A stretch of 63,053 nt of DNA, filler included, from Choristocarpus tenellus KU-1152 (GCA_964200185.2; 11 parts of 11 records of this genome joined end to end with filler, not necessarily neighbours in it), one strand, 5' to 3'. Shown: positions 13,642 to 27,099, counted from the first letter of the whole stretch. The notes: a model not told the origin generated them from the letters alone. Translations and numbers: made by a program.

Positions 13642-14219
13642 GATGAGTTGGTGAGGTGGGAGGTTGCCTGTACCTCTGCGAAGGTGATGTCCAGCAGAAG
13701 ACCTTTGTCCCTGTAGGGAGCTGTTCCAGCGTCTGCTAGTGCCCCTGCGTGGAATACTAGATCCATGCGGAGATTCCGGTCCACAGTGAAAGGGCTACCA
13801 TCCTCCGTAGTGCAAGGGATGCCCATCCCCTTGCATAATTGGCCAAGACGTTTGACCATGGGGGTGAGCTGTCGTACCTGTCCCCCTGCCCTGGGGCAGG
13901 TACGGGCATGTCTGGTATCGACATTTTGCCTCCTGCACCCTGCCACTGGGCATCTGTTCGATAGGGCCTCCTCTCTCCCTAGGGATCTGCTGAATGCGAG
14001 CTTGAATTCCTGAGGGGGGATCTGGCATGCTGGTTCCAGAGGTTGCGTTGAGGCCCAGGCGTTTGCTCCTTGTCCACACTGGCTCCAGTGGCGCGCTAGG
14101 GCTATTGAAGAGCTTTCCCTCCCTTGGTATGCCTCATTTGGAAGATCAGCCTGCTGTGTCCTGAAGGAGTCGAAACGGATCCTGTTGAGGAGGCGTGTAA
14201 TCTCGTGCTGAGCCCTCAT
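13642..14219 (-). mobile_element. C-terminal fragment of a non-LTR retrotransposon ORF with restriction-enzyme-like endonuclease (R2/CRE/NeSL grade)
   Basis: CCHC-type knuckle CPVAGC...HARTC followed by RMDLV...LLLDITF, matching the RPD...D REL motif; frame stays open to the contig end. Confidence 0.75.
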
Positions 14220-14228
14220 TACGTATAA

Positions 14229-14350
14229 TTTTCATTGTTTTTCCCCCTGACACATCTACAAAATGTCAGAGCATAATAATAATATTTAATTGACTTCTCA
14301 TTGGTTTTTCTCCTTAACATCTCCAAAATGTCTAAATATATAATAATATA
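14229..14350 (+). promoter_or_regulatory. Dispersed element P, two tandem copies
   Basis: ttttcattgtttttccccctgacacatctacaaaatgtcagagcataataat, then a degenerate second copy. The repeat is seen directly; function is inferred. Confidence 0.5.
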
Positions 14351-15990
14351 ATAATATGTATCTACCAAATCGGGTAGAATATTTTGTATTGTTGGTCGTA
14401 CAGACCAAGTGGCGACTATTCGATGAATTATAGTTGATAGGAACCAAAAATCGAAGGTAGAAATTCGATTGGTTGATTATTGTTTTTCATGTGAGTAGAT
14501 ATAGTAGAGAGTATGCCAAAATGACCTTGGAATCCTACCATTCTCGCGCTTCATTCCTATGGTGCATCTACATTTCAATTATAATAGAGTATATGAAGAA
14601 TTTTCCAGCCCATTCAACTAATACTCATAAATGAATTAATTCACAAACCTTTTTTTTCCCGATGAATTCGATTCATCTGTTGACGGACCATGCAAGTCGT
14701 CGCGAGAAGACCGCTGGAAGCGAAATGATGGACGGCTCCATGAGGAAAAAGATCCCACCAGCCCTACCCAACAAGCGCAATTTTGACTCCCACTCTTTTC
14801 TGCCCTCATTTTTGATTGTCAGAAGGATTGATGTCCTGTAAACGGAGTATATCGCTCAAGGAGAATGAACCTTACCTCCTCGTCACCAAACAGTCATGGC
14901 AAGCCGGTTCTAGAATAATATTTCGGCAGCAAGTTGTATGAACTCCTCTTGAACACACTTAATTCAATCTGCAAGGATGGTGAGGGCTGCTTAACATGCA
15001 TAGCACAACTGACACAGGGGAAGAAATTACTGTCTCTGATACTACGCACATTCCCTTGCCCTAGACTAGACCTACGTATGCAAGCCCTGAAGCAGTGCCT
15101 GCAGTAGCCTGTAGAGGAGGGGGGGTGAGATACACTGTAAATGAGTTGACAGCAATCCGTGCAAAAAGGCACTCTGGCATAAAATCTCAGTCACGCACAT
15201 CACAGCAATGTTGCTGCGCATAAGGAAGACGTATTGCTGGGTGGTCCTTGGCACCAACCCACGTTAGGCATAGAGTTAGTTATCGTACCTCATATTGATA
15301 CATGTCTTGGGTGGTTTTGAGGCCAGGTGGAGGGGGAGAGAAGGGAGCTCAGGACTCCTAGGGTGGGGCCTTTTTTGGTGCTTATATATATATATATATG
15401 CAATATGAAACTGAACTTTGAAGTTTGAGTATATATATATTGTTCTATATTATTTGTTTATATACCATGTTTACAAAACTGTACACTACTTGAAAACTAT
15501 CACAGATAAAGCTTGAGAAAGAACTCTATATATCCACTCACACACGCTATAAGATTAGATCATTCCACCATAATCAGATAGTGGAGTACATGCTTTAACA
15601 CAACAATGGGTGATATCCACGTAAAGCTCTATGTGGCGCCCTTCCACTGAAGGTAGCATTGCCACAAACTTCTACCTTGGAGTCATTGCATTCCAGAGTA
15701 CGCAAGCACATGTATGCAGAGACTTGGCAGGCCACTCCCATGCAAAGGAAATAACTGGATATGAGATGAAGAGATCAACTCCACAACCAACATGTCCAAC
15801 ACTTATGTTTGTGTGTAAGTCCCAAGCTCATGCAACACCTTCAGGACGCAAGCATGCCTGGAAACTTACCAACTGTCCATCTCCCACCAACACCTCTGCA
15901 TTGCTACACTCCCCTTTGATTAGAAAACCCTCCTGATAGGAGTGAATCAAAGCCTTCACAAAAGCAAGACACCCCCTTGGGCACATTGAT

Positions 15991-16250
15991 GAGTCAAAGT
16001 AAACGAGAGGTATCCAGTTCTTGGGCATTTTGCATTACAGGCCAGTTTTTCAATCTATTGCGATTCACCAATATTTTTACAGATGAAGTGTCAAGTTTGA
16101 CTTGAGAGGGTTTATCTCTCTGTTGTTTGAAAATTTTTCAAAACAATTTGGAAGATGTGCTGTACATACTTGTAAAAAAACAACCAAATTTTGAACGTAT
16201 TTGCCAGCATCCTTAAAATTCAACTCTGGGTACCTCTCAATCCATCAACT
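15991..16250 (-). mobile_element. MITE family D copy
   Basis: GAGTCAAAGTAAACGAGAGGTATCCAG ... GGGTACCTCTC; reverse homolog of 20118-20380. Confidence 0.75.
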
Positions 16251-16438
16251 GCATTTCAGCTACTCCTACCAAGTACAAGCTACAAGGGTGTTTCAATTCA
16301 CTCCAGGCATTGTTGCTGTACTGCAGTGTACTACAAAAAGATACACATTTGTGTCTCCATGTTAGCCTGTATAGCATCAACCCATGAGCTAAAGGTACTC
16401 TCCAACTGCCAAACTTAGCACATTGCTTCTCACATTTT

Positions 16439-16706
16439 GGGCCACAGTATCCTAGAGGCGGTGGTGATTTAGCTCAGGTGGTCTATACAGGGCTTGATGA
16501 GGTGTTACAAGATAGCCGAGTTCGAGGCCCGATTTTCGGGGTAGTTTTACGTCGGATTTGGTCCAGGCAGGGGGGTGGAAATGGAAGGTGCGTCCAGATG
16601 AAGGAACCTGCCCTTACATCTGACACATTAACTCAAATGACATCACTAATGCTACGCAACTGCCCCTGAATGGACGCCTGTCCCCCCCTCTGGGATACTA
16701 CAAACC
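16439..16706 (+). mobile_element. MITE family C copy
   Basis: GGGCCACAGTATCCTAGAGG ... CCCTCTGGGATACTACAAACC; TTT on both flanks. Confidence 0.8.
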
Positions 16707-17899
16707 TTTGGGACCGCCCAGTCCGCTGCTGATCAATCTTCCACCCTTCTCCACATCCCGATTCAATCTTTGGTGTTTCTTGTGCCCATTGTTGTCACAC
16801 ACACCTGCTTTTTCTGCGAGCCCAAGAGCGCAATTCTGCGGAGTTAGTTTGTTCTGTTTTTGTTTCGTTTTTTCCAACGAAGAACTATCGTACTTAGTGG
16901 GAACTGCACTCCTTTTCAAAAGTACCGCCACCATCTACAGTACAGTTGGTTCAACCACACAATGGTTCAGGCGGGGGGACCGAGGCGCGCGCGCGGTCCA
17001 TGCGTGTGTGTGTGGCACCAACAACAAACGGCATTTGCCCGTTCAAGAAAATATTCGCAGCAGTCGTCGCGAGGAAAACGCATGAAACCACGGGAAAACC
17101 GTCCAACTAGCACAATCTCCCACCACATACACTCGATGTCGGATCACTACACTGCAGAAACGCACCTGGACAAATGGAGGTACATCTGCATTGAAGGTAC
17201 ATCCGCATAGAAATCTGACCGAATTCAACTACCTAACTAAAACACAAGGCAGGTGTTCGGGGCCGGAGGCCTGGTACCAAAGTGGGGGGGGGGAAGACCA
17301 CACACGGAGCAAATTGGGGGTCATCGCAGCCCAAAATACTTGTCCATCTTTGGGTCGTAGTAACAATTGAGAATCGGATCATACATGAGACCCTTCTCAC
17401 TGTGGTAATTGCGTCCCTCCTCCCCAATACCCTCCCCCCCCCNNNNNNNNNNNNNNNNNNNNNNNNNNNNNNNNNNNNNNNNNNNNTTAATTAATTAANN
17501 NNNNNNNNNNNNNNNNNNNNNNNNNNNNNNNNNNNNNNNNNNGAGAAGATACCAGCACCGTTTTTCGTGAAGACAAACCCACAGTGGTAATAATTGGGGG
17601 GGGGGGGGGCATCTGTAAGGATAATGGTGTATCATTCCAGCAGGAGTGGAACCTTCAATCATCTCAACCCACACCCAAAAGGTCACATCACCCCAGGTAA
17701 TGCCATATATACACAGCAACGAGCCCGGCAAGGGGAAGGAAGATGACAAGGACACATCACGCACACAATGCCCTCCCTCCCCCCTTCCCCACCTATCTCT
17801 TGTATTCCAAACTACCTCATTTACACCTCTGAACTACCTAAATAGGACCCTCTGGAGGGGGCGCACAAACCAATCATGGCTTAAGCGTGTACTGCACCT

Positions 17900-19500
17900 C
17901 CAGACTAAACCTTGCAGCTTGTGCATCCCACCCATTCAAAATCTGTCACACGAAATCGCACTAGCACTTATCACCACTATCTACACATCGAAGAGCTCTC
18001 TTCTCATTCCGAGAACAAGAGGAGAACACTGCTCAAATGCACAAGAAGTGAGATGGGGAGCAGACGCACGGGACCAAGGCGGTGACAGAGGTAAGATACG
18101 TATGCATGAGTTCCTGGAGGCGGTTAGGGTTGACAAAAAACGACTCAGCTGATGGTTCACAAGGAAGGCGTGTGCAGTCGGTGGGAAGCACACACGTAAG
18201 ACTGAGAGGTGGTGCCTGCAACTTGAACACACAACACATGGAAGGGCAACCAGACATATGCTATGAAGGAGAGCCGATATACAAATGCATATGTATATAT
18301 ACAAGGTAATCAGATGGAGTCGATCCAAGTTGTGATGGGTTGATAACATTTTTTTCTTGAGAGAGTCGTTGGCACAACCAGGCAGACGCACGTTTCGGCA
18401 ACCCTACCGTTCACTACAGAGCTCACTACAGAGCTGCCATTGGAGCTGTTCCTGGTCACATGGAGACCAATAGACGAATAGATCACTAGACAGTCCCTGT
18501 ATAATATACTTTATACTCAGGAAAAATTGAAGTGCACAGCATGTAAACAAGTCATGTGCAGAATGCAACGTTGTCAATTGTTTGGAATTCCCTGTTAGGG
18601 GTAGCTTCGTGGAATACAAGCCTCGTCTACACCCTACAGGCTTGTAGATTGGAGCCACGTACCCCATCATGGTAAACTTGAGGAGCGTTCTGGAACAGTA
18701 CCACAGGGGACTATTTGTACTGATATAGGCCAATGTGGCAGCTCAGTCAGAGTTCAGGAGTGCTGACAAGGTGAACGGCACCCTAACTCACACCGCTACC
18801 GCTACAACGTTTCCTGATGGCCCTTGACTTGCACAAGCCCTTGGCTATATCGCCATAACAAGCATTATTAGCACAAAAAGTAAAAGGCTCAAAGTATCTG
18901 GGGGGTTGGGTACCAGCTGTCCATTCGGGGTCCATTTTTCCACGTCGTGATTTTTGGGTGATTTGGTTGCATGTGTTGGATGGATATTGTAAGTGCAATT
19001 CTCCTGGTCAGGGCCCAAATGGACACCCACCCTGGTGTAGACCCACCCACCCCCAGACTTTTGAGCCAAAGTAGAAGTTACGTTACTCCTCTGGACATCT
19101 GGCCCAAAGTGCGCTGGGGAATATCTTGCACTATCGATAGAGGTGGTATGTCCACCCTCTCACTTGCAACTTGCACCATGGATGGCGTAAATAATGGGAA
19201 GCCTCTCACCTTGTTTATCCCCCTATTATTCTTGATGCACGTACAACTTGCTCGAGATGTGTGCACAACACAAAGGGCTCCATAACGAAATCAAATCTCA
19301 TTTCTTCTTCTCGCTGGGTAGTCCTGTCAATTTAGGAGTAAACAAGTTGAGACTGATAGACACCTCTTCATCTGTAAGGTCAAGCGGGGTTGGAAGAGGC
19401 TTGCACACGAGGGATGGAGGGATGGATGGAGGGATGGATGGATCGGTGGAATTACCCTGATATGGAGAAGATTGAAGACGATGAAGCATTGCTAGCCTTC
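17900..19500 (-). mobile_element. Decayed Ty3/Gypsy RT-RNase H remnant interrupted by a MITE
   Basis: HIGLYQYK*SPVVLFQNAPQV resembles GLYQF..MPFGL.NAP; FVYWSPCDQEQ resembles FVW...Q.AF; many stops. Confidence 0.45.
18886..19067 (+). mobile_element. MITE family B complete copy (~180 bp)
   Basis: GGCTCAAAGTATCTGGGG ... CCCCAGACTTTTGAGCC; AAA on both flanks. Confidence 0.88.
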
Positions 19501-20117
19501 ACCAAGTACAAACGACCATAGGTAGACATCGAAAACTGATGGTGTGAAGCAAGTTGGCAAGAAGAAGGTGAATTGGGTACAGTTGGCTGCAATCATTGCT
19601 AAAACAACAAAAAGCGACCATGAACCATCAGGACCTAATGAGTCAGGATCCGGATTTACTCCTCGCGAAAGCTTCCAATGTATTGGGTCAGTTCGTATAA
19701 TATGCGACTGTTGTGCAGTAGTAGAGTTAGTTACGAGTGGTTGGAACATTCTGATGGTGTACGGACCTCAACACACCATGTAGTGTAGGCAGATGTATGT
19801 ATGCATATGCCATGCTCTACAATGTACTGCAATCAGAACTGATTCCAGACTGGCACAGGCAAGTTCATGTCATAAGAAGTCTAAGTGAGTAGTTTCTGTA
19901 AATTATATTTGTACACGATGGTGAAAGTTGAAATCAGTATTATGTACCTCTCTAAATGAATTATTTTGAAGTAGGAGATGTGGTCTGTGATTCAATCACA
20001 ACAGTTTCCAGTGTTGTAGAGCTCGCTGTATCGTAGTGTGTGTATTGCTACAAACTGGCATTGTTCATATTCCAACCTCTATCTAGTGCTACTTGGCTAT
20101 CAGCAGTGTAAGAAGCT

Positions 20118-20380
20118 GGGTCGAAGTAAACGAGAGGTACCCAAAGTTGCATTTTAAGGACATTAACAAATATGCCCAAATTCCACTTTATTTGAAAATT
20201 CGTATAGGAGATATTTTTATCATTGTCGAAAAAGGTAAAAACAAAAAATCGAGAAATGAATGCTGTCAAGTGAAACTTAGAACTTCGTCACTAGAAATAT
20301 GGGTGAGTTGTAAAAGATTGAAAAGCAGACATAAAATGCAAAACGGTCGAAACCTGGGTACCTCTCGTTTACTTTGACTC
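20118..20380 (+). mobile_element. MITE family D complete copy
   Basis: ~26-bp TIR GGGTCGAAGTAAACGAGAGGTACCCA ... TGGGTACCTCTCGTTTACTTTGACTC; flanks AGCT/AGCC. Confidence 0.88.
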
Positions 20381-20708
20381 AGCCCCGTGAGCAAGCTACA
20401 ACTTAGTACTTCAAGTAGAGGCTACATACGCTCCAACCCAATCTACGCTGGTGCCCGGCCAACCAGAAGAACCCAGGCACATGCACCAAAAAACATGAGC
20501 AAAAATATATTTCTGATCAGAATACTTTTTTGTTCTTCATATATCTTCGCCTACAACAATTATTGGTAGAGGGCTCTATATTTATTCTTGCATTCATCTT
20601 CAGTTAAGGTCATGACAAAAGTAAATTGTTGTTGCACTAAGGGAGTGTAATGGTAGTGACATGCATTCCTGATTGAGGAGTGCTCTGAGCGGGCGTGCAT
20701 AATGTATT

Positions 20709-20886
20709 AGTGCCATAGTATTTTAGAGGGTGTGTGTGTGTTTAGCCTCGGTCGTTCATCCGGGGCTTGATAGGGTATTGTCAAATACCCCAGTTTGATG
20801 CCCGTTTGTGAGTCATTTCCTCCGGATTGTGGTTCAGGTAGGGGGGTGGAAAAGGAAGGTGCATTCGGATCAAGGGAATTGACCTT
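20709..20886 (+). mobile_element. MITE family C, truncated by contig end
   Basis: gccatagtattttagaggg start; colinear with 43331-43603. Confidence 0.75.
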
Positions 20887-21329
20887 NNNNNNNNNNNNNN
20901 NNNNNNNNNNNNNNNNNNNNNNNNNNNNNNTTAATTAATTAANNNNNNNNNNNNNNNNNNNNNNNNNNNNNNNNNNNNNNNNNNNNCCCGCCCGAACTTG
21001 ACCTCCGCTCCCACCCTAAGATCCAAGTCGGTCGTGAGCAAGCGACAGGGCGAGTGGGCGGGAAAGCTTGCTTGGGGGTCCTCTTTGTTCTAGCACCCCT
21101 CTCCTTGTTACCCCCCCTCCAGTTTCTTCTCCAATTCAATACTGACCATCCCTTCATTCCTCGTACCTCTGCCTGCCACTCAAATCTTTAACTTCACAAT
21201 TGTTCCTTAACTCTTCGTATATTCTTTGTTTATTCTTCTTCTCTTTCTTGTCCCCTTCCTTGCCCCGTGCCCCCAACCAACCAGAATTCTTCCGCCCACA
21301 AAACTCAGATTACTTCATAAACGTTAACT

Positions 21330-21372
21330 TTTTGTGACACATCTGGAAAATGTAAAAATTAATAATAAATTA
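21330..21372 (+). promoter_or_regulatory. Element P, partial copy ~500 bp upstream of ATG 21866
   Basis: tgtgacacatctggaaaatgtaaaaattaataataa. Confidence 0.4.
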
Positions 21373-21865
21373 CTAAAGGAGACTTTTACGTCACAGTGAA
21401 CAGATCAAGGGTTTTGTATTGATCAGTGAACGGTCCTGAAATTCAGAATAGGTGGATAGGATTCTAATTTCAAATTCAGCACGATAGAACTTATCCGTCA
21501 TGTTGGTCGATAATTGTTGATTGATTCTTCTTGAATATAATCACAATCAAGAACAGCGATCGAATAATTTACTTTTTGTAATCTACAATAATATCCAATA
21601 ATGTTGTATGCGAATATTTTAGAAACCCTCCCATTGATATAACCTGTATCATATTTACCCATTCATACCAATATGGTGATTAACAAAAATAACCAATAGG
21701 AATGAGTAATTATATGTTCAATAGGAAAGAAAAAAAAGGCACCATTCCAATCAAAACTTTCTCACTATCAATCCTCATTGAACATCGAATTGGAGCTCAA
21801 GTGACAAACAGGAGACTACCTTTCTCGCTGAGTTACAACAATTATACAAGGATCTACTGGAAAGG

Positions 21866-22941
21866 ATGGAGGGAAGAGAAAATGCTTATAGCAATGACGA
21901 TCAGGGAACGAAAAGGCCCCCAACCGACTCCGACATTGTGGTTGGTGCAGGAGTGGTTGGGGCAGCTGCTGGACTCATCGTGAGCGGTCCCCTTCTTGCT
22001 CTGGGAGTCGGAGCAGGGGTCATGGGACTAGCTGCCGCAGGAAATAACAAGGTATTAATATATTGAACTGCCTCGTATAGATCCTTTGCATGGTAGAGCA
22101 GGTTCAATTTTCTCCTCATCGCGACGGAACATCACCATGCTATGTATTGAAAGACCTGCTCATTCTCTACTATGCGTATACAGTCCCTCGTCTTCCAAAG
22201 CGCTCCCCTCAAGCGAATAAATAATACACTTATCGATAGGCCGCATTATGTATGTGCGATGCTGTATGACACAGGCCGGAGACGTTGCGCGATCCACTGG
22301 CAAGGTTGGCGTGGCAGCTTTTAAGGAGGGAAAGAAAATCAACGAACGCCACCATATAAGCGAGAAGGTGGGGTTGTCGGGGCGAAGACGTGTGGTTATC
22401 GTCTTCTTCCGATGTTTTATTGATAACAGGATCCTACAACCTCGATGAAGCATCAGGGTAGATCACATACAATTGTACGATCATCACCCCCCTTTCACCT
22501 TTAGACATTCAACTCAGATCAACAATCAATTGTCACCGAACCGAGCACATATGCATTTGAAATCAAATGAGTTGGTTCTAAACACAAAGACCACCCGAAT
22601 CACATTTGAAGGTCTGATATTACTTGTCAACTTGCTTGCGCATATTTTAACAGGCAGGCAAGCAACGACACCTGGCTCACGCAACACACGAGAAATCACT
22701 TCCTGAGCTGATTTGAACACGAACAAATGTTGTGGATTTCGTGGGAGGTTTGGTCATTGTTGTACTTTGTTCAATATTATGATAATTGAAATATGGTCCT
22801 GTCCCATCATAACCACTATATCGACAGGTGAGGGCTGGTTTGAGGTCAACTGTCAATAAAGCTAAAGAGTTGGACCATGAGCACAAGATCGTGGATAAGA
22901 CCAAGAAGGGGGCCGACAAAGCATGGAAGAGTGTTCGAAAG
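21866..22941 (+). CDS. Small hypothetical protein with Gly/Ala-rich (glycine-zipper-like) hydrophobic hairpin and Lys-rich amphipathic repeats; exons 21866-22051, 22275-22367, 22828-22941; 3' end not located
   Basis: Three phase-0 GT-AG exons join in frame: ...IVVGAGVVGAAAGLIVSGPLLALGVGAGVMGLAAAGNNK/AGDVARSTGKVGVAAFKEGKKINERHHISEK/VRAGLRSTVNKAKELDHEHKIVDKTKKGADKAWKSVRK. Confidence 0.8.
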
Positions 22942-24159
22942 GTGAGATGGATGAAAGCAAAGAAGAAAGTCAATCAGGGTGTGAGTGGAATGCCTTGATA
23001 TGTGTCGCAGCTTGATTTGTAACCCCTATTTTGCCCCCCTTTCCCCCCCCCACTTTTATTTGCTTGGTGTCTGGGCACATTCACACTGCAGAGACGGAAT
23101 GTATATTTATGGGGATAGAAACCATTTTTGAAGTGTAAATTGGTTATGGCTTAAAGGGTCAGAACTTGTTGGTGGTGTTCCTATTGAATTGGGACAAGAG
23201 GTTGAAGTCACTTGAATGCTCTGTCCAATTGATCTAGTAAGTGTTACATTTTTTCGAAAGGACGGAAAAAAAAGTCAGAGATGAAAACAGTGTTAAACCG
23301 TTCTATGTTTTAGGACAAGCAAGATTTTTTTTTCAACATTTGGTGGTCATCAAAAATGATCATCAATCTGTAATGGCTAAGGGACAGTACTATTCCTTGA
23401 ATTAGTGACACTGAAAAATAGTATGCCAAGAAGGCCTGATGCAGGGAAAAGGATCCTGAACTAGTTCCCCCCCCCCCTACGCTCTTTTTGAATCTATCCG
23501 ACTGTCTCAGTTTGATGAGAAGCACCAAGTGTCCTCGAAGACTGGTAGTGCCATCAGCAGGGGTATTGAAGGCATCTCTGAGTCCTTGGATTCCAAGAAT
23601 GAACAGTGTTCATATGGGAAAGTTGAAGGGAGTGGCGAACGTTGAAGTGACTTCCACCTGACGGCAACGCCATTAGGAAGAGGACATTTGGGGGGGGCAA
23701 ATTCTTACTTCCAGAGATGTGGCTACCCTTTTTTCTCTTCATACTGTACTGAGTGAGGAGAAGACATGTATATCTTGTTCCTTCTCCTTGGCTCATTGTC
23801 TGATATTTTCATCTCCCTGTTGTATCTACCATGCTAATTGTGTTTTGTTCATGGGAAAGTCGTGTTGAAGATGCTGTTGTAGCCGGGCCGGGAACTTTCT
23901 GTGTTTGCTTTCCTATTTGCTGTCATTATGCATAATTGTTGTAGTTGCTGAATGTTGTTGTAGTGAAGGATGTGACCTGAAATGGGTATGGCTGCAACAA
24001 CAGTATATATTCTGGCTGGTTTTCATTGATGCCCATTGTGTTTTTGTGGGGATGTGCACACAAGTACATTGTGACGTAAACCCCCCCCTACCCCCCCCAA
24101 CTTTTCAATAGTACGTGTGAGGAGACATCTTATTAGTAGAAAAGAATTGCTACACTTAA

Positions 24160-24347
24160 CTTGAAGTTGAATATTGGAGGGAGAAAATAAAGACATGCGT
24201 ACCTGCTATATGTAACCGGATGGTAGTAGTTTGCGCAGATGCTCATGTGTGACTGGAAGTTGAATCTTGGAGGGGGAAAAGAAAGACAAGCATGTAAATG
24301 CTGTATGTAGCTGTATGATAGTAGTTTGTGCAGATGCTCATGTGTGC
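24160..24347. repeat. Two tandem ~95-bp units
   Basis: gaagttgaat..tggaggg...tagtagtttg.gcagatgctcatgtgtg is repeated. Confidence 0.7.
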
Positions 24348-25062
24348 AAGATGAGCAGAGTTCTGGAGTGCCAGTGTTTGAAAATCGTTTGTCACTGTTG
24401 GTTTCATTTTCAGACATGATCAAGTGAGTGGGGATGACGTTGCTGTGTGTTAGTTTGAGGGGGGGGGGGAGGGGTGGTGTTTGGACATGTGAAATGGACA
24501 TGAGGTTGCACATTGTGGCAGGCACGTATGTATGCCTCCTTGAAGGAGTTATTGTACTTTTTTTCTCAACTCTCGATGTACATAGTTGAGGTGCCTACTG
24601 AGCAATGAAGAACAGTCGTGTGTATCATGGTGTGTGTACGCTCTGGATCTACTTAAATATATTTTTAATGCTTGTTGATTGGAAGTACCAATCTATGATA
24701 GATGTACACACTGTGGTACAGTGTAGGCCGGCCCATTCCCACAGATCATGTGATATCATCCCCCATTGTGCACTGTGTTGCCACCCATGGTGCAAGGTGA
24801 GTGTATACAGGGCAGGGGGTGGTTTGAACCCATCCGTAAGGTGGTGAGTATTCCTGTATTTCTGTTATTGATTATTGGTCAATAGGACCCTGTCACACTG
24901 GTTGATTGGTCTGAAGTACTATTTTTTCAAGATAAGCAAATCCTTGTATTGTCATTGGTCAGAATGTAGTATCTAACACTTCTGTGAACCAGTCATCAGT
25001 CATGGTGACACCACTCTAAAGAGTGGAAATAGTACTGTGCAATGTGCTGTCCCTCTTGTGGC

Positions 25063-25278
25063 GAGTCAAACCATTTAAGAGGGTAGGAGGTTTGCCCTGT
25101 TTTTCCATTCAGGGTTTGACTTCCCATGGATTTTTTATGCCTTTTTTTGGTTCTCTGTGTGAACACAGTTACCTAAAATGTATACAACAATGAAAGGTGT
25201 GTCTGGAGGAAGGATATTGACGCTTGCTAATAAACAACAGTCAAGATTAATCAAAATCGAAACATTGGATATATGAAC
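25063..25278 (+). mobile_element. Diverged MITE family A copy
   Basis: gagtcaaaccatttaagagggtagg...aaggatattgacgcttgctaataaac is colinear with family A. Confidence 0.65.
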
Positions 25279-25279
25279 A

Positions 25280-26400
25280 CTAACAGATGCAGCCCTGCCC
25301 TGTTAGATTCTTTGGGTCTGGCATGAGGGTGTGTAAGTCATACGCTTCTGGAAAACCCCTCTCAGAGCCCTCCAGACCTCTGAAAATGTACGTTGAGTCC
25401 TTCCTCCAACAGCGCCTGAAGTTCCTTTTGAAGGCTAAACACACACAAATCTCTTGTGTCTCCGAAATTGCCAACAAATGGACTCCCAGCAGTACCTTCA
25501 TAGATGTAAGTCACATCCAAAGGTGACGCTCAATGCAAGTGTTGCTCTGAGATGTTGGGCCATACCTATAGCTGGCCCGAAACGCCATGTAGGAACATGT
25601 TCAGGATAATTTGCTCTGTAAAATCTGTGACCCAGACATTGTTTTGGTGTCATTTGCTTTGTTGTGTGCTTTGCCCATATGACACCCGACCCCATTTGCT
25701 CAACAGTGTCCAGGAAAGCGCTTGAGCAGGTCTGTTGTGTAATATCTTTCGTACAGAACAACGCCTGCAACTGTTCACTAAACTATAATTTTTTCACACT
25801 TTAGTTTGACGGTTTTCAAATCTGTGGTCAAAGGTAGCAGTTTTAACAGAAAGATGTAATAGTAGAAGAAAGAACTGATGCAAAAGATGAAAAATCGTAT
25901 TCGTTCTCAACACTCACTTGGGAAATTTCAGTGTCCAGTCATATCCTGTGTGATGTTCATTGTTAAGGGTGATACACTCATGGCCATTGAGGCAACTACG
26001 CTCTTTCCTCGCGAAACAGTCTAGGCCATTTGTGCGTAACGTCCATTACCTAGCAAACGTTCGGGGAGGCACATGTTCCATGATTGATAAGGTCGCATTT
26101 ATTTGGTATACAATTCAATGATGTTTGAAAGTATTTGCAGATGTTGTCGTGGAGTAAGAAGCAACATAGTACATCATTCTGGGACGCATGGTACAAGACA
26201 ACACAACACCGAGCAGCAGAAATGGAAGGACATGACTGAGGAAAAACGGACGTACAGAAATGTAGACAAATTTGGCCCTTTTCACGTTGGAGTCATCCTC
26301 CACACGCAGAAGGGCATAGCTATGAGATGAGTTGACGTCATATTCGTGTAGGAACCTACCCTCATCATCTTCAGAGGAGTATGAGGGCACACTCATTATT
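25280..26400 (-). mobile_element. Decayed Ty3/Gypsy RT-RNase H remnant
   Basis: NVKRAKFVYISVRPFFLSH resembles N..KC.F....V.FLGH; TVEQMGSGVIWA...CLGHRF resembles TEQE.LAVIWA...YL.G..F. Confidence 0.5.
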
Positions 26401-26455
26401 TTTTATGCTGTTTTAGATATACTTATGATCCTTGTTGTGGGGTTGTTTGTGTTGC

Positions 26456-26573
26456 AACACAGAGTATCGTAGAGGGTAGAGCCGCGTCCATTTGGGGGCC
26501 GAAATCCATTGTTGCGATTTTGATGTAATTTTGGCTATCGTATTTGTTAGGGAGTGTCAATATCCTTGTTCTG
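26456..26573 (-). mobile_element. MITE family A, truncated by contig end
   Basis: agagtatcgtagagggtagagccgcgtccatttggggg. Confidence 0.8.
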
Positions 26574-27099
26574 NNNNNNNNNNNNNNNNNNNNNNNNNNN
26601 NNNNNNNNNNNNNNNNNTTAATTAATTAANNNNNNNNNNNNNNNNNNNNNNNNNNNNNNNNNNNNNNNNNNNNTGTTCTACATGATGAGGAAATAATCGA
26701 GTTATTTACACACACAAGTCTTGGGAACACCAGTTTCTTTAACATTTTGTGATGTTGGGGAAACCTGAAGTTACACATTTGCTCTTAAGCTAAATAAACA
26801 GTGAGTGCAGCGTAAGACAAGGGACTAGCTGGGTGAATGCTGCATTGCACTTTGTACAGTCAACAGTTTATCTCGTTCACCTACCCCAAAATAACACATC
26901 TTACCACCCTATTCCCTACCAATCATACTCCAGTGCATCTTCCTATGTTGGGAATAGGGACGCAGAGGACCAACCTTCTGCCAGGACATCCTTTGCCAAG
27001 GGGCAATGCACACCCACCACAGTCTGCCCTTGCTATCGGTTAGTTCTACTTGATGTGTAACATATTGTGTTGTCGTTAAAGAGGTGCAAACCTCTGCAG

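Noticed and set aside
14894-15260. Cys-rich minus-strand frames resembling a RING or transposase Cys-rich domain
   Set aside because: Broken by a stop or frameshift, and the spacing matches no family I can name.
16468-16535. tRNA/SINE-like A box (TAGCTCAGGTGG) and B box (GTTCGAGGC)
   Set aside because: No cloverleaf, and the boxes are not conserved in other family C MITE copies.
16710-17232. Minus-strand mini-exons giving MVAVLLKRSAVPTKKKQV, weakly Hsp70-like
   Set aside because: Similarity too short and an in-frame stop follows; may be a real or pseudo gene but cannot be assigned.
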